Assembly: GCA_046565705.1 (NCBI GenBank)
Contig: JBKHYE010000123.1
Coordinates: 1,075-65,074 of the forward strand
Direction of reading: 5' to 3'
Source: Actinomycetes bacterium
Lineage (GTDB): Bacteria > Actinomycetota > Actinomycetes > Mycobacteriales > SCTD01
Length of the DNA stretch: 64,000 nucleotides
Shown: positions 17,581 through 26,500 of the stretch, piece after piece
How positions within the stretch are numbered: position 1 is the first letter of the stretch
How the letters are laid out: each line of letters starts with the position of its first letter
The notes under the pieces: generated by a model
Database searches by the model: none
What the model saw: only the letters and a program-made list of their open reading frames with translations
What the model was told of the DNA's origin: nothing
Position numbers and translations under genes: made by a program

Positions 17581-18699
17581 GTGGAGCAGCGCCAGCGGTG
17601 GGCGGTCAGCGCGCTGTTCCTCACCAACGGCGCGCTGTTCGCCTCGGTGCTCCCCCGGCTGCCCGAGGTCAAGGACCGCTTCGCGCTCTCCGACGGCGAG
17701 CTGGGACTGGCGCTGCTCGGCGTCGGGCTCGGCGGGCTGGCCGGTTCGACGGCGACCCGGGGGCTGCTGCCGCGCTTCGGCGCGCGGCGGCTGGCCGTCG
17801 GGTCGACGCTGCTGCTGGCAGCGGCGGTGCCGATGGTCGGGCTCGCGCCGTCGGCCACGGCGCTGTTCGCGATCCTCGTCGGCGTCGGCGTCGTCGACTC
17901 GCAGACCGACGTCGCGATGAACGTGTCCGGCGTCGAGGCACAGCGGCAGCTCGACCGTCCGGTCCTCACGTCGATGCACGCTGTCTGGAGCATCGGCGCG
18001 GTCGCGGGCGGTCTCGTCGGCAGCGCCGCGGCGGCGCTCCGCGTGCCGCTCGCGGCGCACCTGGCAGTCGTCGCGATCGCCTGCGCCGCACTGGCTCTGG
18101 CGGTGCGGCACGACGTCCCCGACTCGAGCCGTCACGGCACCGGCGTGCGGACGTCGGGCGCCCGGTTCTCGCCCGCTCTCGTGCTCCTGTGCGGGCTCGC
18201 GGTCCTCGCCGCGGCGCTCGAGGACGCGCCGTCGTCGTGGAGCGCGGTGTACCTGGCCGACCACACCGGCGCCGGCCCCGGCACGGCCGGCCTCGGGTTC
18301 ACCGCCTTCATGACCGCGATGGTGCTGATGCGGCTGGTCGGCGACCGGGTGCTCGCCCGGTTCGGCCCCGTGGCGGTCGTGCGTGCCGGTGGGCTGGCGG
18401 CCGCGGCGGCGCTCGGGTCGGCACTGGCAGTGGGCGGGACGGCGCCCGCGCTGGTGGCGTTCGCCGTCGTCGGGCTCGGCGCCGCGACGGTCTTCCCGGC
18501 CATGATCACGGCCGCGGGGGCGCTGCCCGGCCAGGGCATCGCGGCGATGAACGTCGCGACGCGCGTCGGGTTCCTCGCCTCGCCGCCGGTGGTCGGGGCG
18601 GTGGCCGACGCCGTCGGGCTGCCGCTGGCGCTCGGACTGCTCGTGGTGCCGGCAGCGCTCGGGCTCGGGCTGCTGGCCGGGGGCGTGCGGGTGCGCTGA
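17581..18699 (+). CDS. MFS transporter
   Basis: 372 aa with about 12 hydrophobic segments. The N-terminus is WAVSALFLTNGALFASVLPRLPEVKDRFALSDGELGLALLGVGLGGLAGS. Confidence 0.8.
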   Translation: MEQRQRWAVSALFLTNGALFASVLPRLPEVKDRFALSDGELGLALLGVGLGGLAGSTATRGLLPRFGARRLAVGSTLLLAAAVPMVGLAPSATALFAILVGVGVVDSQTDVAMNVSGVEAQRQLDRPVLTSMHAVWSIGAVAGGLVGSAAAALRVPLAAHLAVVAIACAALALAVRHDVPDSSRHGTGVRTSGARFSPALVLLCGLAVLAAALEDAPSSWSAVYLADHTGAGPGTAGLGFTAFMTAMVLMRLVGDRVLARFGPVAVVRAGGLAAAAALGSALAVGGTAPALVAFAVVGLGAATVFPAMITAAGALPGQGIAAMNVATRVGFLASPPVVGAVADAVGLPLALGLLVVPAALGLGLLAGGVRVR

Positions 18700-18824
18700 C
18701 GCCGTGCGTCCGGCGCGGGACGCCGTGCGTCCGGCTGCGCGTGCGGGCGACGTGTGCTGCCAGGCGGACGCAAGCCGGGGGACATCTCGGGAGGAATCCG
18801 GGCGACGGCGTCGAACTCCCGGCC

Positions 18825-20255
18825 ATGGCCCTTCGTCTGCGCACCGGCCGCCGCACGCCGGCCCCGCTCGCCCTCGTCCTCGTCACCGGCGTCCTCGCCT
18901 CGGGCGCGGTCGCCACGACGCTGTCGCTGGACAACGTCGACGGCTCGGCCGTCACGCCGGTCGAGAAGTTCCGCGCGGAGGCGCTCGACGGCGTCACCGG
19001 AAGCGCCGGGCGGGCGCTCGCCGAGGAGCCCGACCTCGAGAACTTCGAGCACGTCTTCCACTTCCCGTTCGAGGGCAACGACGCGGAGCTGAAGCGCTTC
19101 AGCGCCGCCGACCAGGGCACCGACATCGAGTTCTTCTCGCCGGTCGTCGATGTGACGCAGCCCGACGGCACTGTCGTCGAGCAGCAGCGGGACTACGCGA
19201 TCGTCGGGTCGTACGACCGCGGCGCGTTCATCTTCGACATCACCGACCCGGAGAACACGAGCTTCGTCACCCAGATCGTGTGCCGGCAGCGGCAGAACGA
19301 CATCCAGATCCGTCAGTTCGGCGAGCGCTGGGTCGTCATGCTCAGCAACGACCGGTCGGGCACGCTGTGCGCCGGGCCGGAGTTCGGCGGCCGCGACATC
19401 GAGTCGCCGTCGCCGACGGTGCCGACGAACTCGGCGAACCGCAACGGCGGCGCCGCGGTCTTCGACGTCACCGACCCGCGCAACCCCACCCCGATGTACA
19501 ACCTGCGCGTCCACGACGGCGTGCACAACTGGACGTGGCACCCGACGGAGCCGGTCGCCTGGATCTCCACCGGTGACCTGCCGGGCGGGGTCGACCACCT
19601 GCCGGTCTACGACTTCGCCGACCCGGACAACCCGGTTCTCGCGGCGGACCTGCAGACCGAGGGCGGTCCGCACGACATCACCTTCAGCAACGACGGCAGC
19701 AAGGGCTACGTGGCGTCGGAGAACAACGTCCGCGTGTACGACGCGACCGACCCGCGCAAGCCGACGCTGCTCTACCGCGGCCCGACGATCGCGTCGTACG
19801 TGCACGGCGCCGACCCGACGCCGGACGGCAAGACGCTGCTCGTCACCGACGAGAGCCTGGTGCTCGGCGGGTTCTTCGCCAGCAAGACGGCGGTCTGCCC
19901 GGGTGGCGGCATCACCCTGTTCGACGCCACCAGCGAGCCGCTCAAGCCGCTGAGCTACATGGTCGCCGACATCCAGGGACAGTCGCCCGACCACCGCGCG
20001 TGCACCGCGCACGTCGGCCGCTTCACGCCGGACTCCAAGCACTACGTGACCGGCTGGTACCTCGGCGGTGTGCGCGTGTTCGACATCAGCGACCCGACGG
20101 CGCCGGAGGAGATCGGCCACGCGATGATGCCGGGCAGCGAGGTGTGGTCGGCCAAGTTCCACAAGGGCCAGTACGTCTTCACCGGCGACCTCGGCCGCGG
20201 CTTCGACGTCTACCGCTGGACCGGCGAGCCGCTCGGCACCGCGCCGCTCGGCTGA
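18825..20255 (+). CDS. Secreted LVIVD-repeat beta-propeller protein
   Basis: Internal ATG of track ORF 17568..20255: MALRLRTGRRTPAPLALVLVTGVLASGAVA (signal). Repeated motifs are AFIFDITDPENT, AAVFDVTDPRNP, VYDFADPDNP, VRVYDATDPRKP, ITLFDATSEP and VRVFDISDPTAP. Confidence 0.8.
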   Translation: MALRLRTGRRTPAPLALVLVTGVLASGAVATTLSLDNVDGSAVTPVEKFRAEALDGVTGSAGRALAEEPDLENFEHVFHFPFEGNDAELKRFSAADQGTDIEFFSPVVDVTQPDGTVVEQQRDYAIVGSYDRGAFIFDITDPENTSFVTQIVCRQRQNDIQIRQFGERWVVMLSNDRSGTLCAGPEFGGRDIESPSPTVPTNSANRNGGAAVFDVTDPRNPTPMYNLRVHDGVHNWTWHPTEPVAWISTGDLPGGVDHLPVYDFADPDNPVLAADLQTEGGPHDITFSNDGSKGYVASENNVRVYDATDPRKPTLLYRGPTIASYVHGADPTPDGKTLLVTDESLVLGGFFASKTAVCPGGGITLFDATSEPLKPLSYMVADIQGQSPDHRACTAHVGRFTPDSKHYVTGWYLGGVRVFDISDPTAPEEIGHAMMPGSEVWSAKFHKGQYVFTGDLGRGFDVYRWTGEPLGTAPLG

Positions 20256-20267
20256 GCCGAGATGTTG

Positions 20268-20273
20268 TAGCAT
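20268..20273 (+). promoter_or_regulatory. Possible -10 hexamer TAGCAT for a leaderless vapB-like transcript
   Basis: A TAnnnT hexamer ends 6 nt before the ATG at 20280. No Shine-Dalgarno sequence is present in the 24-nt gap. This is motif inspection only. Confidence 0.25.
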
Positions 20274-20279
20274 ACGACA

Positions 20280-20522
20280 ATGCTCACCGTGCCGGAGGCG
20301 GCGCGTCGGGTGGGGCGCAACCCCGAGACCATCCGGCGATGGATCCGCAGCGGCAGGCTGCGGTCCGAGCGGGTCGGCACGCAGCACCTCGTGCGCGAGG
20401 CCGACGTCGACGGGCTCGCCGACGAGGCGCCCCTGGAGCTGCCGGCGGCGTGGCAGATGGCCGACGGCGGTGCCATGCCGGCGTGGGAGCGGCTCGTGCG
20501 CGACGCACGGGACTCGCACTGA
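20280..20522 (+). CDS. Helix-turn-helix (MerR/excisionase-type) antitoxin candidate
   Basis: MLTVPEAARRVGRNPETIRRWIRSGRLRSERVGTQHLV. It lies immediately upstream of a PIN gene. Confidence 0.75.
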   Translation: MLTVPEAARRVGRNPETIRRWIRSGRLRSERVGTQHLVREADVDGLADEAPLELPAAWQMADGGAMPAWERLVRDARDSH

Positions 20523-20525
20523 CCG

Positions 20526-20936
20526 GTGCGGCTCGTCCTCGACTCCGGCGCCGCCCTGCGAGCCGCCGCGTCCTCAGCGGCGCGGGCGCAACTCGGCGGG
20601 CATGAGCTGATCGCGCCGCCGCTGCTTTGGTCGGAGGTGCACTCGGCCGTGCACGAGGCGGTCTGGCGGCGGGAGCTCGATGCACCGGGTGCCGACCGGG
20701 TGCTCGCCGGGTTCTCCGCACTGCACGTGCGGCGGAGGTCGCCGGCGCGGTTGCACGCCGTCGCCTACCGGCTGGCGAGCGACCTCGGCTGGGCGAAGAC
20801 GTACGACGCCGAGTTCCTCGCGCTGGCCGAGCTCGACGGCGCCCGCGTGCTCACCACCGACGGGCGGCTGCGCCGAGGTGCCGACCGGACCGGGCTCGTC
20901 CTCGGCCCGGCGGAGCTCACCGACGTCCAGGAGTGA
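20526..20936 (+). CDS. vapC: PIN-domain toxin (VapC family)
   Basis: VRLVLDSGA... and ...YDAEFLALAELDGARVLTTDGRL. It starts 3 nt after the antitoxin stop. Confidence 0.75.
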   Translation: MRLVLDSGAALRAAASSAARAQLGGHELIAPPLLWSEVHSAVHEAVWRRELDAPGADRVLAGFSALHVRRRSPARLHAVAYRLASDLGWAKTYDAEFLALAELDGARVLTTDGRLRRGADRTGLVLGPAELTDVQE

Positions 20937-20949
20937 CCGCGGGGACGAC

Positions 20950-22191
20950 GTGCGCCACAGTGGGCACGTGCCGCTCCAGATCACCGGCCACGACGACGGC
21001 CGGCTCCTCCTCGATTTGCCGTGGTCGACGCCGCTCGAGCACTGGCCGGCCGACTCGCTCGTCGCGCTGCCCCGGGGCGTCTCGCGGCACGTCGTCCGCT
21101 TCGTGCGGGTGCGCAGCCGGGTGTACGCCGTCAAGGAGGTCGGCGAGCACTCCGCGCGCAAGGAGTACCGGCTGCTGCGTGACCTCGAGCGGCTCGACGT
21201 TCCGGCGGTGGAGCCGGTCGCCATCATCACCGGGCGGGAGGCGCCGGACGGCACGCCGCTCGAGCCGGCCCTGGTGACGCGGCACCTGCAGTTCTCCCTG
21301 CCCTACCGGGCGCTGTTCTCCCAGACACTGCGGCCTGAGACCGCCAACCGGCTGCTGGACGCGCTGTCGCTGCTGCTCGCCCGGCTGCACTCCGAGGGGT
21401 TCTTCTGGGGGGACTGCTCACTGTCCAACACGCTGTTCCGCCGCGATGCGGGCGCCTTCGCCGCCTATCTCGTCGACGCCGAGACCTCCGAGCTGCACCC
21501 GTCGCTGTCGGAGGGGCAGCGCGCGTACGACCTGCAGACCGCGCACACCAACATCGTCGGTGAGCTGATGGACCTGCAGGCGGCCGGGCTGCTCGACGAG
21601 TCGGTCGACCCGCTCGAGACCGGCGCCGACATCCGCCGGCGGTACGACGGCCTGTGGTGCGAGCTCACCCGCGAGGAGGTCGTCGGCGAGGGCGAGCAGC
21701 ACCGCATCGCCGCCCGCGTGCGTCGGCTGAACGAGCTGGGCTTCGACGTCGAGGAGCTGCGGCTCGACGCCGCCGACGGGCTCGTGCGCATCGCGCCGAA
21801 GGTCGTCGACGCCGGTCACCACTCCCGCCGGCTGCTGCGCCTGACCGGTCTGGACGCCGAGGAGAACCAGGCCCGCCGACTGCTCAACGACCTGGACGCC
21901 TACCGGCACGGCACCGGCCAGCAGGACGAGGACGAGGAGATCGTCGCGCACGAGTGGCTGGCCGAGGTGTTCCAGCCGGTCGTGCGGGCGGTGCCGCGGG
22001 ACATGCGCGGCAAGCTCGAGCCGGCCGAGGTGTTCCACGAGGTGCTCGAGCACCGCTGGTTCATGTCCGAGCGAGCCGGGCGCGACGTCGGGATCGAGGA
22101 GGCCGTGCGCGACTACGTCCGCACCGTGCTGGTCACCAAACCGGACGAGAAGGCGGTGCTCGGAGCGGCGGCGTTCCTCACCGCCCCGTAG
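20950..22191 (+). CDS. DUF4032 domain protein (Kdo/RIO-like kinase fold family)
   Basis: GTG 20950 (or 20968) within track ORF 20680..22191. Sequence: ...RHVVRFVRVRSRVYAVKEVGEHSARKEYRLLRDLERLDVPAVEPV...FFWGDCSLSNTLFRRDAGAFAAYLVDAETSE... Confidence 0.7.
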   Translation: MRHSGHVPLQITGHDDGRLLLDLPWSTPLEHWPADSLVALPRGVSRHVVRFVRVRSRVYAVKEVGEHSARKEYRLLRDLERLDVPAVEPVAIITGREAPDGTPLEPALVTRHLQFSLPYRALFSQTLRPETANRLLDALSLLLARLHSEGFFWGDCSLSNTLFRRDAGAFAAYLVDAETSELHPSLSEGQRAYDLQTAHTNIVGELMDLQAAGLLDESVDPLETGADIRRRYDGLWCELTREEVVGEGEQHRIAARVRRLNELGFDVEELRLDAADGLVRIAPKVVDAGHHSRRLLRLTGLDAEENQARRLLNDLDAYRHGTGQQDEDEEIVAHEWLAEVFQPVVRAVPRDMRGKLEPAEVFHEVLEHRWFMSERAGRDVGIEEAVRDYVRTVLVTKPDEKAVLGAAAFLTAP

Positions 22192-22226
22192 CCGCCCGGA
22201 GGGCTCCCGTCGGGTGCGGCAGTGGG

Positions 22227-22248
22227 GGGAGCCGTCGGGAGGGCTCCC
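22227..22248. terminator. Hairpin GGGAGCC-(8 nt)-GGCTCCC in the gap between convergent genes
   Basis: A 7-bp GC stem at 22227-22233 / 22242-22248 between stops at 22191 (+) and 22261 (-). There is no U-tract. It is part of a 15-nt direct repeat (22199-22213 and 22239-22253). Confidence 0.3.
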
Positions 22249-22260
22249 GTCGGAGGGGGG

Positions 22261-23532
22261 CTACTGGCCGCGGACGACGCCGCAGCCGGGGTTCTCGCCG
22301 ACCTCGGGCGCGGCCTCGGGGCCGACGACGATGCCGGCGGGAGCGCCGGTGCACGTCGTCCCGCGTACCGCGCCGGTGCTGCGGTCGGCGAACAGGAACG
22401 CCGCGCGCAGCACGCCGCGGACGGTGCTCCCCTCCACCTGCGGGGCGGACCGCTCGAGCGCCTGCACCCCGACGTCGCCGCCTTCGACGGTGAGCGTCCG
22501 CACGGCGGGGCGGGCGTCGCCGGCGGCGACGAGGCCGGCCGCGTTGTCGGTCAGCCGGGTGTCGGTGACGGTGCCGTCGCTCGTCGCGAGAAAGCAGATG
22601 CCGCACTGGCCGCTGCGCAGGACGCTGCTGCGCGTGATCTCGGCGCGGTGCTCCCCCGAGAGCACGACCCCGCCGACGCCGTTGTCGACGAGATCGGTGT
22701 CGAGGAGCCGAAGGGTCGTGCGCCGGCTCGGGCCGGTCTGCCCCGCGGCACCCGCGGCCATCAGGACGCCGATGCCACCGGTGCCCTCGGCGTCGCCGCG
22801 GGCCCCGGAGACCCGCGCGGAGGTGATGGACAGCTCCGCCGCCGGCGACGCGCTCACGACGTTGCCGGGCGCGTCGCCGGACCGGCTCAGGGTGAGCGCG
22901 TCGACGGCGACCGGCTCGCCGGTGAGCACCAGCAGGACGCCGTCGGCCGCACTGCTGCGCAGCGTCGTCTCGTCGCGCCCGGCGCCGCGCAGCGTGACGC
23001 CGCTCAGCAGCACCAGCGTCTCGTCGACCACGTGCTCCCCCGCGGCGAGCTCGACGACGCTGCCGCTCGCCGCGGCCGCGACGGCCGCGGCGACGTCGCC
23101 GCCCGGCGGCACCGGGCCGTCAGGCGGGCGACCGCCCTGCAGCTGCAGCAGCACGGCCCGGGCGACGGGGCCGCCGGCACGCAGGCCGCGCAGGCCCTCG
23201 GTGAGGTCGTCGCGGAACTCCTCCGGGTCGCAGCCGATGCTCGCCGCGTGCGCCCGCACGTTGGACAGCGCGGAGGTGAACTCCTGCTCCGCCTGCGCGG
23301 GATCGGCGGCCGGTGAGGGCGTCGCGCCGCCGTCGGGCGACGTCGTGCCGATGCTGTCGAGGTAGCGCTGCGCGGTGTCGAGCAGCGCGTCGACGGCGGC
23401 CGCGCAGTCGTCCTGGACCTGCGCAGCCGGGTCGGGCGGCGGTCCGGGGGTGGCGTCCTCGCTGCAGCCGGTCACGGCGAGCAGGCCGCACAGCACGGCG
23501 GTCGCCGCGCGCCGTCGACCGGTGCCCGTCAC
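22261..23532 (-). CDS. Lipoprotein with right-handed parallel beta-helix repeats
   Basis: MTGTGRRRAATAVLCGLLAVTGCSE contains a lipobox (LAVTGC). Periodic beta-helix-type repeats follow (...VTLRGAGRDETTL..., ...ITSARVSGARGD..., ...LLDTDLVDNGVGGVVLSG..., ...VTDTRLTDNAAGLVAAG...). GTG 23532 lies 19 nt after the giant-gene stop, with AGGA upstream. Confidence 0.75.
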   Translation of the reverse strand: MTGTGRRRAATAVLCGLLAVTGCSEDATPGPPPDPAAQVQDDCAAAVDALLDTAQRYLDSIGTTSPDGGATPSPAADPAQAEQEFTSALSNVRAHAASIGCDPEEFRDDLTEGLRGLRAGGPVARAVLLQLQGGRPPDGPVPPGGDVAAAVAAAASGSVVELAAGEHVVDETLVLLSGVTLRGAGRDETTLRSSAADGVLLVLTGEPVAVDALTLSRSGDAPGNVVSASPAAELSITSARVSGARGDAEGTGGIGVLMAAGAAGQTGPSRRTTLRLLDTDLVDNGVGGVVLSGEHRAEITRSSVLRSGQCGICFLATSDGTVTDTRLTDNAAGLVAAGDARPAVRTLTVEGGDVGVQALERSAPQVEGSTVRGVLRAAFLFADRSTGAVRGTTCTGAPAGIVVGPEAAPEVGENPGCGVVRGQ

Positions 23533-23551
23533 GGGGCGATCCTAGGGACGG

Positions 23552-26500
23552 TCAGGCGACCCGGGCCGGCAGCATGCGGCGTCGCATGGCGAGCAGGGCG
23601 CCGAGCATCGCGGCCAGCAGAGCCACCCACAGGGCAGCCGGCCACGTCGGCGGCGTGCCGACGGGCCCGAACTCGGCCAGGTCGGCGCCGGCCGGGGCCG
23701 CTTCCGACACGACGGGGACCGCCGGGACGACGACGGAGGCACCAGCAGCACTCGGTGCCGGCTCCCCCACGTCGACCGACGCCGGCCCGCCCCGCAGCGG
23801 AGCGGGCGGCGGCGGGACGACTGGAGGCCTCCGGTCTGCCGCGGCGGCGCCGTGGAGCACCGACAGGTCACGCTCGCCCGGCAGGAGCACCTCGGTCATG
23901 CCGTGGTGGCCGTGCTCGAGTCCGAGGACGTGGCCGATCTCGTGGACGAGCACGCTGAGCAGGTCGACCCGACCGGGGACGACGACGCCGCCCAGGTCGG
24001 TGCTCCAGCCCCAGCCGGCGGCGTCGGGGCTGATCCGGATGGTCGTGCCGTCGACCTCGCCGAGCTCGGCCCGGCCGAGCGGCGCGATCTCGAGCCCGAT
24101 GCCCGCCAGCAGCGCGGGGTCCGCGCCGGCGTGCCGCCACAGCGCCAGCGCGGTGGTCAGGACGTGCCGGGCGTCGGCGAGGCTGACCGGCTCGGCGCCA
24201 GGCCCGGACGACGCGGTGACCTGCTTGCGGTCGTCGTCGAGGATGGTGACCATGCCCTGGTTGCCGACACCGGTGGCGCCCGTGACGTCCTGGACCTCGA
24301 CGACGACCAACTCGTCCGACTCCCTGACCCGGTCGCCGATGACGACGACGCTGACGGACGCCGTGCGCGAGCCGGCGCGGATGACGACGTCGAGGTAGCT
24401 CGGCCAGGCCTGGTAGTCGACACCCGCGGTCGCGTTGGGCTGCGTCGTGCTCTGGACGATCCACAGCCGCACGACCACGTCGGTGGTGGTCGTCGCCGAC
24501 AGGGTCAGCGTGAGGGTGGCCGTGGCCGTGCCGCCGTTGCCCTCCTTGATGCTGACGCTGCTCAGCGTCACCGTCGGCAGTGCCGGCGGAGGTGAGGTCG
24601 AGGTGTCGTCGTCGACGATCGTCAGGGTCTGCGACGACGGCGCGACGACGGCGCACCCGCTGCAGCTGCCGAGGCTGACGACGACCGTCTCGTTCCCCTC
24701 GACGAGCGTGTCGTCGAGCACGCTGACGGTGAAGCTCGCCGAGGTGACGCCGTCGGCCAGGGTGAGCGCGGCCGTGGACCCGCTGAGGGTCAGCCCGGCC
24801 ACGCTGTAGTCGGTGCCCAGGGTCGCGGTGCCGCCGAAGCCGACCACGACGCTGATCGCGCCGGTGCTGTTGGACCCGCGGGTGACCGTGTAGGTGACGG
24901 TCGCGCCGCTGCCCTCGCCGGCCGACGTCGCGCTGCCGGTCAGCGACACGGTGGGCTGGGCGTCGTCGTTGGTGATGGTGACGGTGGCGCTGGACGTGCC
25001 GAGGGTGGCGTTCACCGGGCTGGACAGCGTCACGACGAAGGTTTCGTTCGGCTCGTGCAGCGAGTCGCCGACGACCGTGACCGCGATCGTCTTGCTCGTC
25101 TCACCGGCGGCGAAGCTGAGCGTGCCGCTCGTGGCCAGGTAGTCGACGCCGGCCGTGGCGGTGCCGCCGCCGGTGGCGTACTCCACGCTGACCGTGCTCC
25201 GGTACGCGGCCGAGAGCGACACGGTGACGAGGACGGTCGTGGCGTCGCTGTCGCCCTCGGTGACGCTCGCCGGCGCGACGCTGACGGTCGGCAGGTCGTC
25301 GTCGAGGATCGTGACGCGACCGGTGCCCTTAAGCAGCACGTAGCCCGTGCCGCTGGACAGGTTCACGAAGAAGTGCTCGTCGGCCTCGACGAGGCTGTCG
25401 CTGTAGATCGTGACCGAGAGCTGCTGCATGGTCACGCCGGCGGAGAACGACAGGATGCCGTTGGCGGCCGCGTAGTCGCTGCCCGCCACTGCCGTGCCGT
25501 CCGCGGTCGCCCACGGGATGAAGACCGTCTCGCCGTCGCCGGGCGCCTGGTCGAGCGTCACCGTGACGGTGACGGTCTTGGAGCCGCCGGTGCCCTCGAC
25601 GACGATGACGTCGTCGATGACCGCGTTGGGCACCAGGACCGGGTCGGGGTCGGTCGGCGTGTTGCTGCCGTCGAACTGGGAGTCGTCGGTGCGGATGCGC
25701 AGCGAGGTGAAGGTCGCGGCGGACCCCGCGGCGATGAGCCCGAACCGGCCGTCGGACAGACCCGCGTTGTACCCCCAGCTGACCATGAACAGGCCGTTGA
25801 GCGTGACGCTCGCCGAGGCGCCCTTGATCTGGGCGTCCAGGGTGTACTTCGCGCCAGCGGTGAGGGCCTGCGCCACGACGGCGTCGACGACCCAGCCGCG
25901 CCGCGGGTCGTGGTGGCCGAGCAGGACGCGCTGGCCGGCGACGTCGAGGACGGCGAACTTGAAGTCGTCGGCGCCGTAGACGTCGAAGGCGATCCCCGCC
26001 GCGCCGCTGGTCGCGACCGTCGTGGTCAGCTGCAGCCACGACGTGCTGGCCAGGAAGCGGACGTCGCCGAGCTGCGCAGTGACGACGGCCGGGGCGCCCG
26101 GCGACGGAGTGCCGGTGTAGCCGGAGCTGTCGGAGGTCCAGACCCCCGAGTCGGGGGTGGTCAGAGGGCCGGTCCCTGCCGTCAGGTCGGTGGCGCTGTC
26201 GAGGGTGACCTGCGGCGGCAGGACCTGCACCCGCACGTTGTCGAAGCGGCCGCGGGAGTTGTCCGACCCCATGCCGACCATGCCCTTGTTCAGGGCGTAG
26301 GACAGTCCGTCGATCACCCGGGCCTGGAAGGTGTAGGTGAAGGCCGTCGTGCCGTCGACGGTCAGCGTGGCGGTGGTGCCGTTCACCGAGAGCAGCAGCT
26401 GGTACCAGGTGTCGAACTTGAGGTTCTTCGGCGTCTGCACGATCACGTGCCAGCCGAGCGCGTCGTGGTACCCCATGACGATCTTGTTCGTGGACTGGTC

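Noticed and set aside
17568-18824. N-terminal 419 codons of track ORF 17568..20255
   Set aside because: This part overlaps the MFS transporter gene in a different frame and reads as Arg/Gly-rich filler. A clean signal peptide starts at ATG 18825, which is taken as the real start.
18132-20519. 795-aa minus-strand ORF
   Set aside because: It is antisense to the MFS, LVIVD and vapB genes and contains no motifs.
20680-20949. N-terminal extension of the DUF4032 ORF (track start 20680)
   Set aside because: It overlaps the vapC gene out of frame. The conserved DUF4032-type sequence begins right after GTG 20950.
23555-23700. Sortase (LPXTG) cell-wall sorting signal at the giant protein C-terminus
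   Set aside because: A hydrophobic helix with a basic tail is present, but no LPXTG, LAXTG or similar pentapeptide precedes it (the sequence reads ...AEFGPVGTPPTWPAALW...). It is called a plain TM anchor instead.
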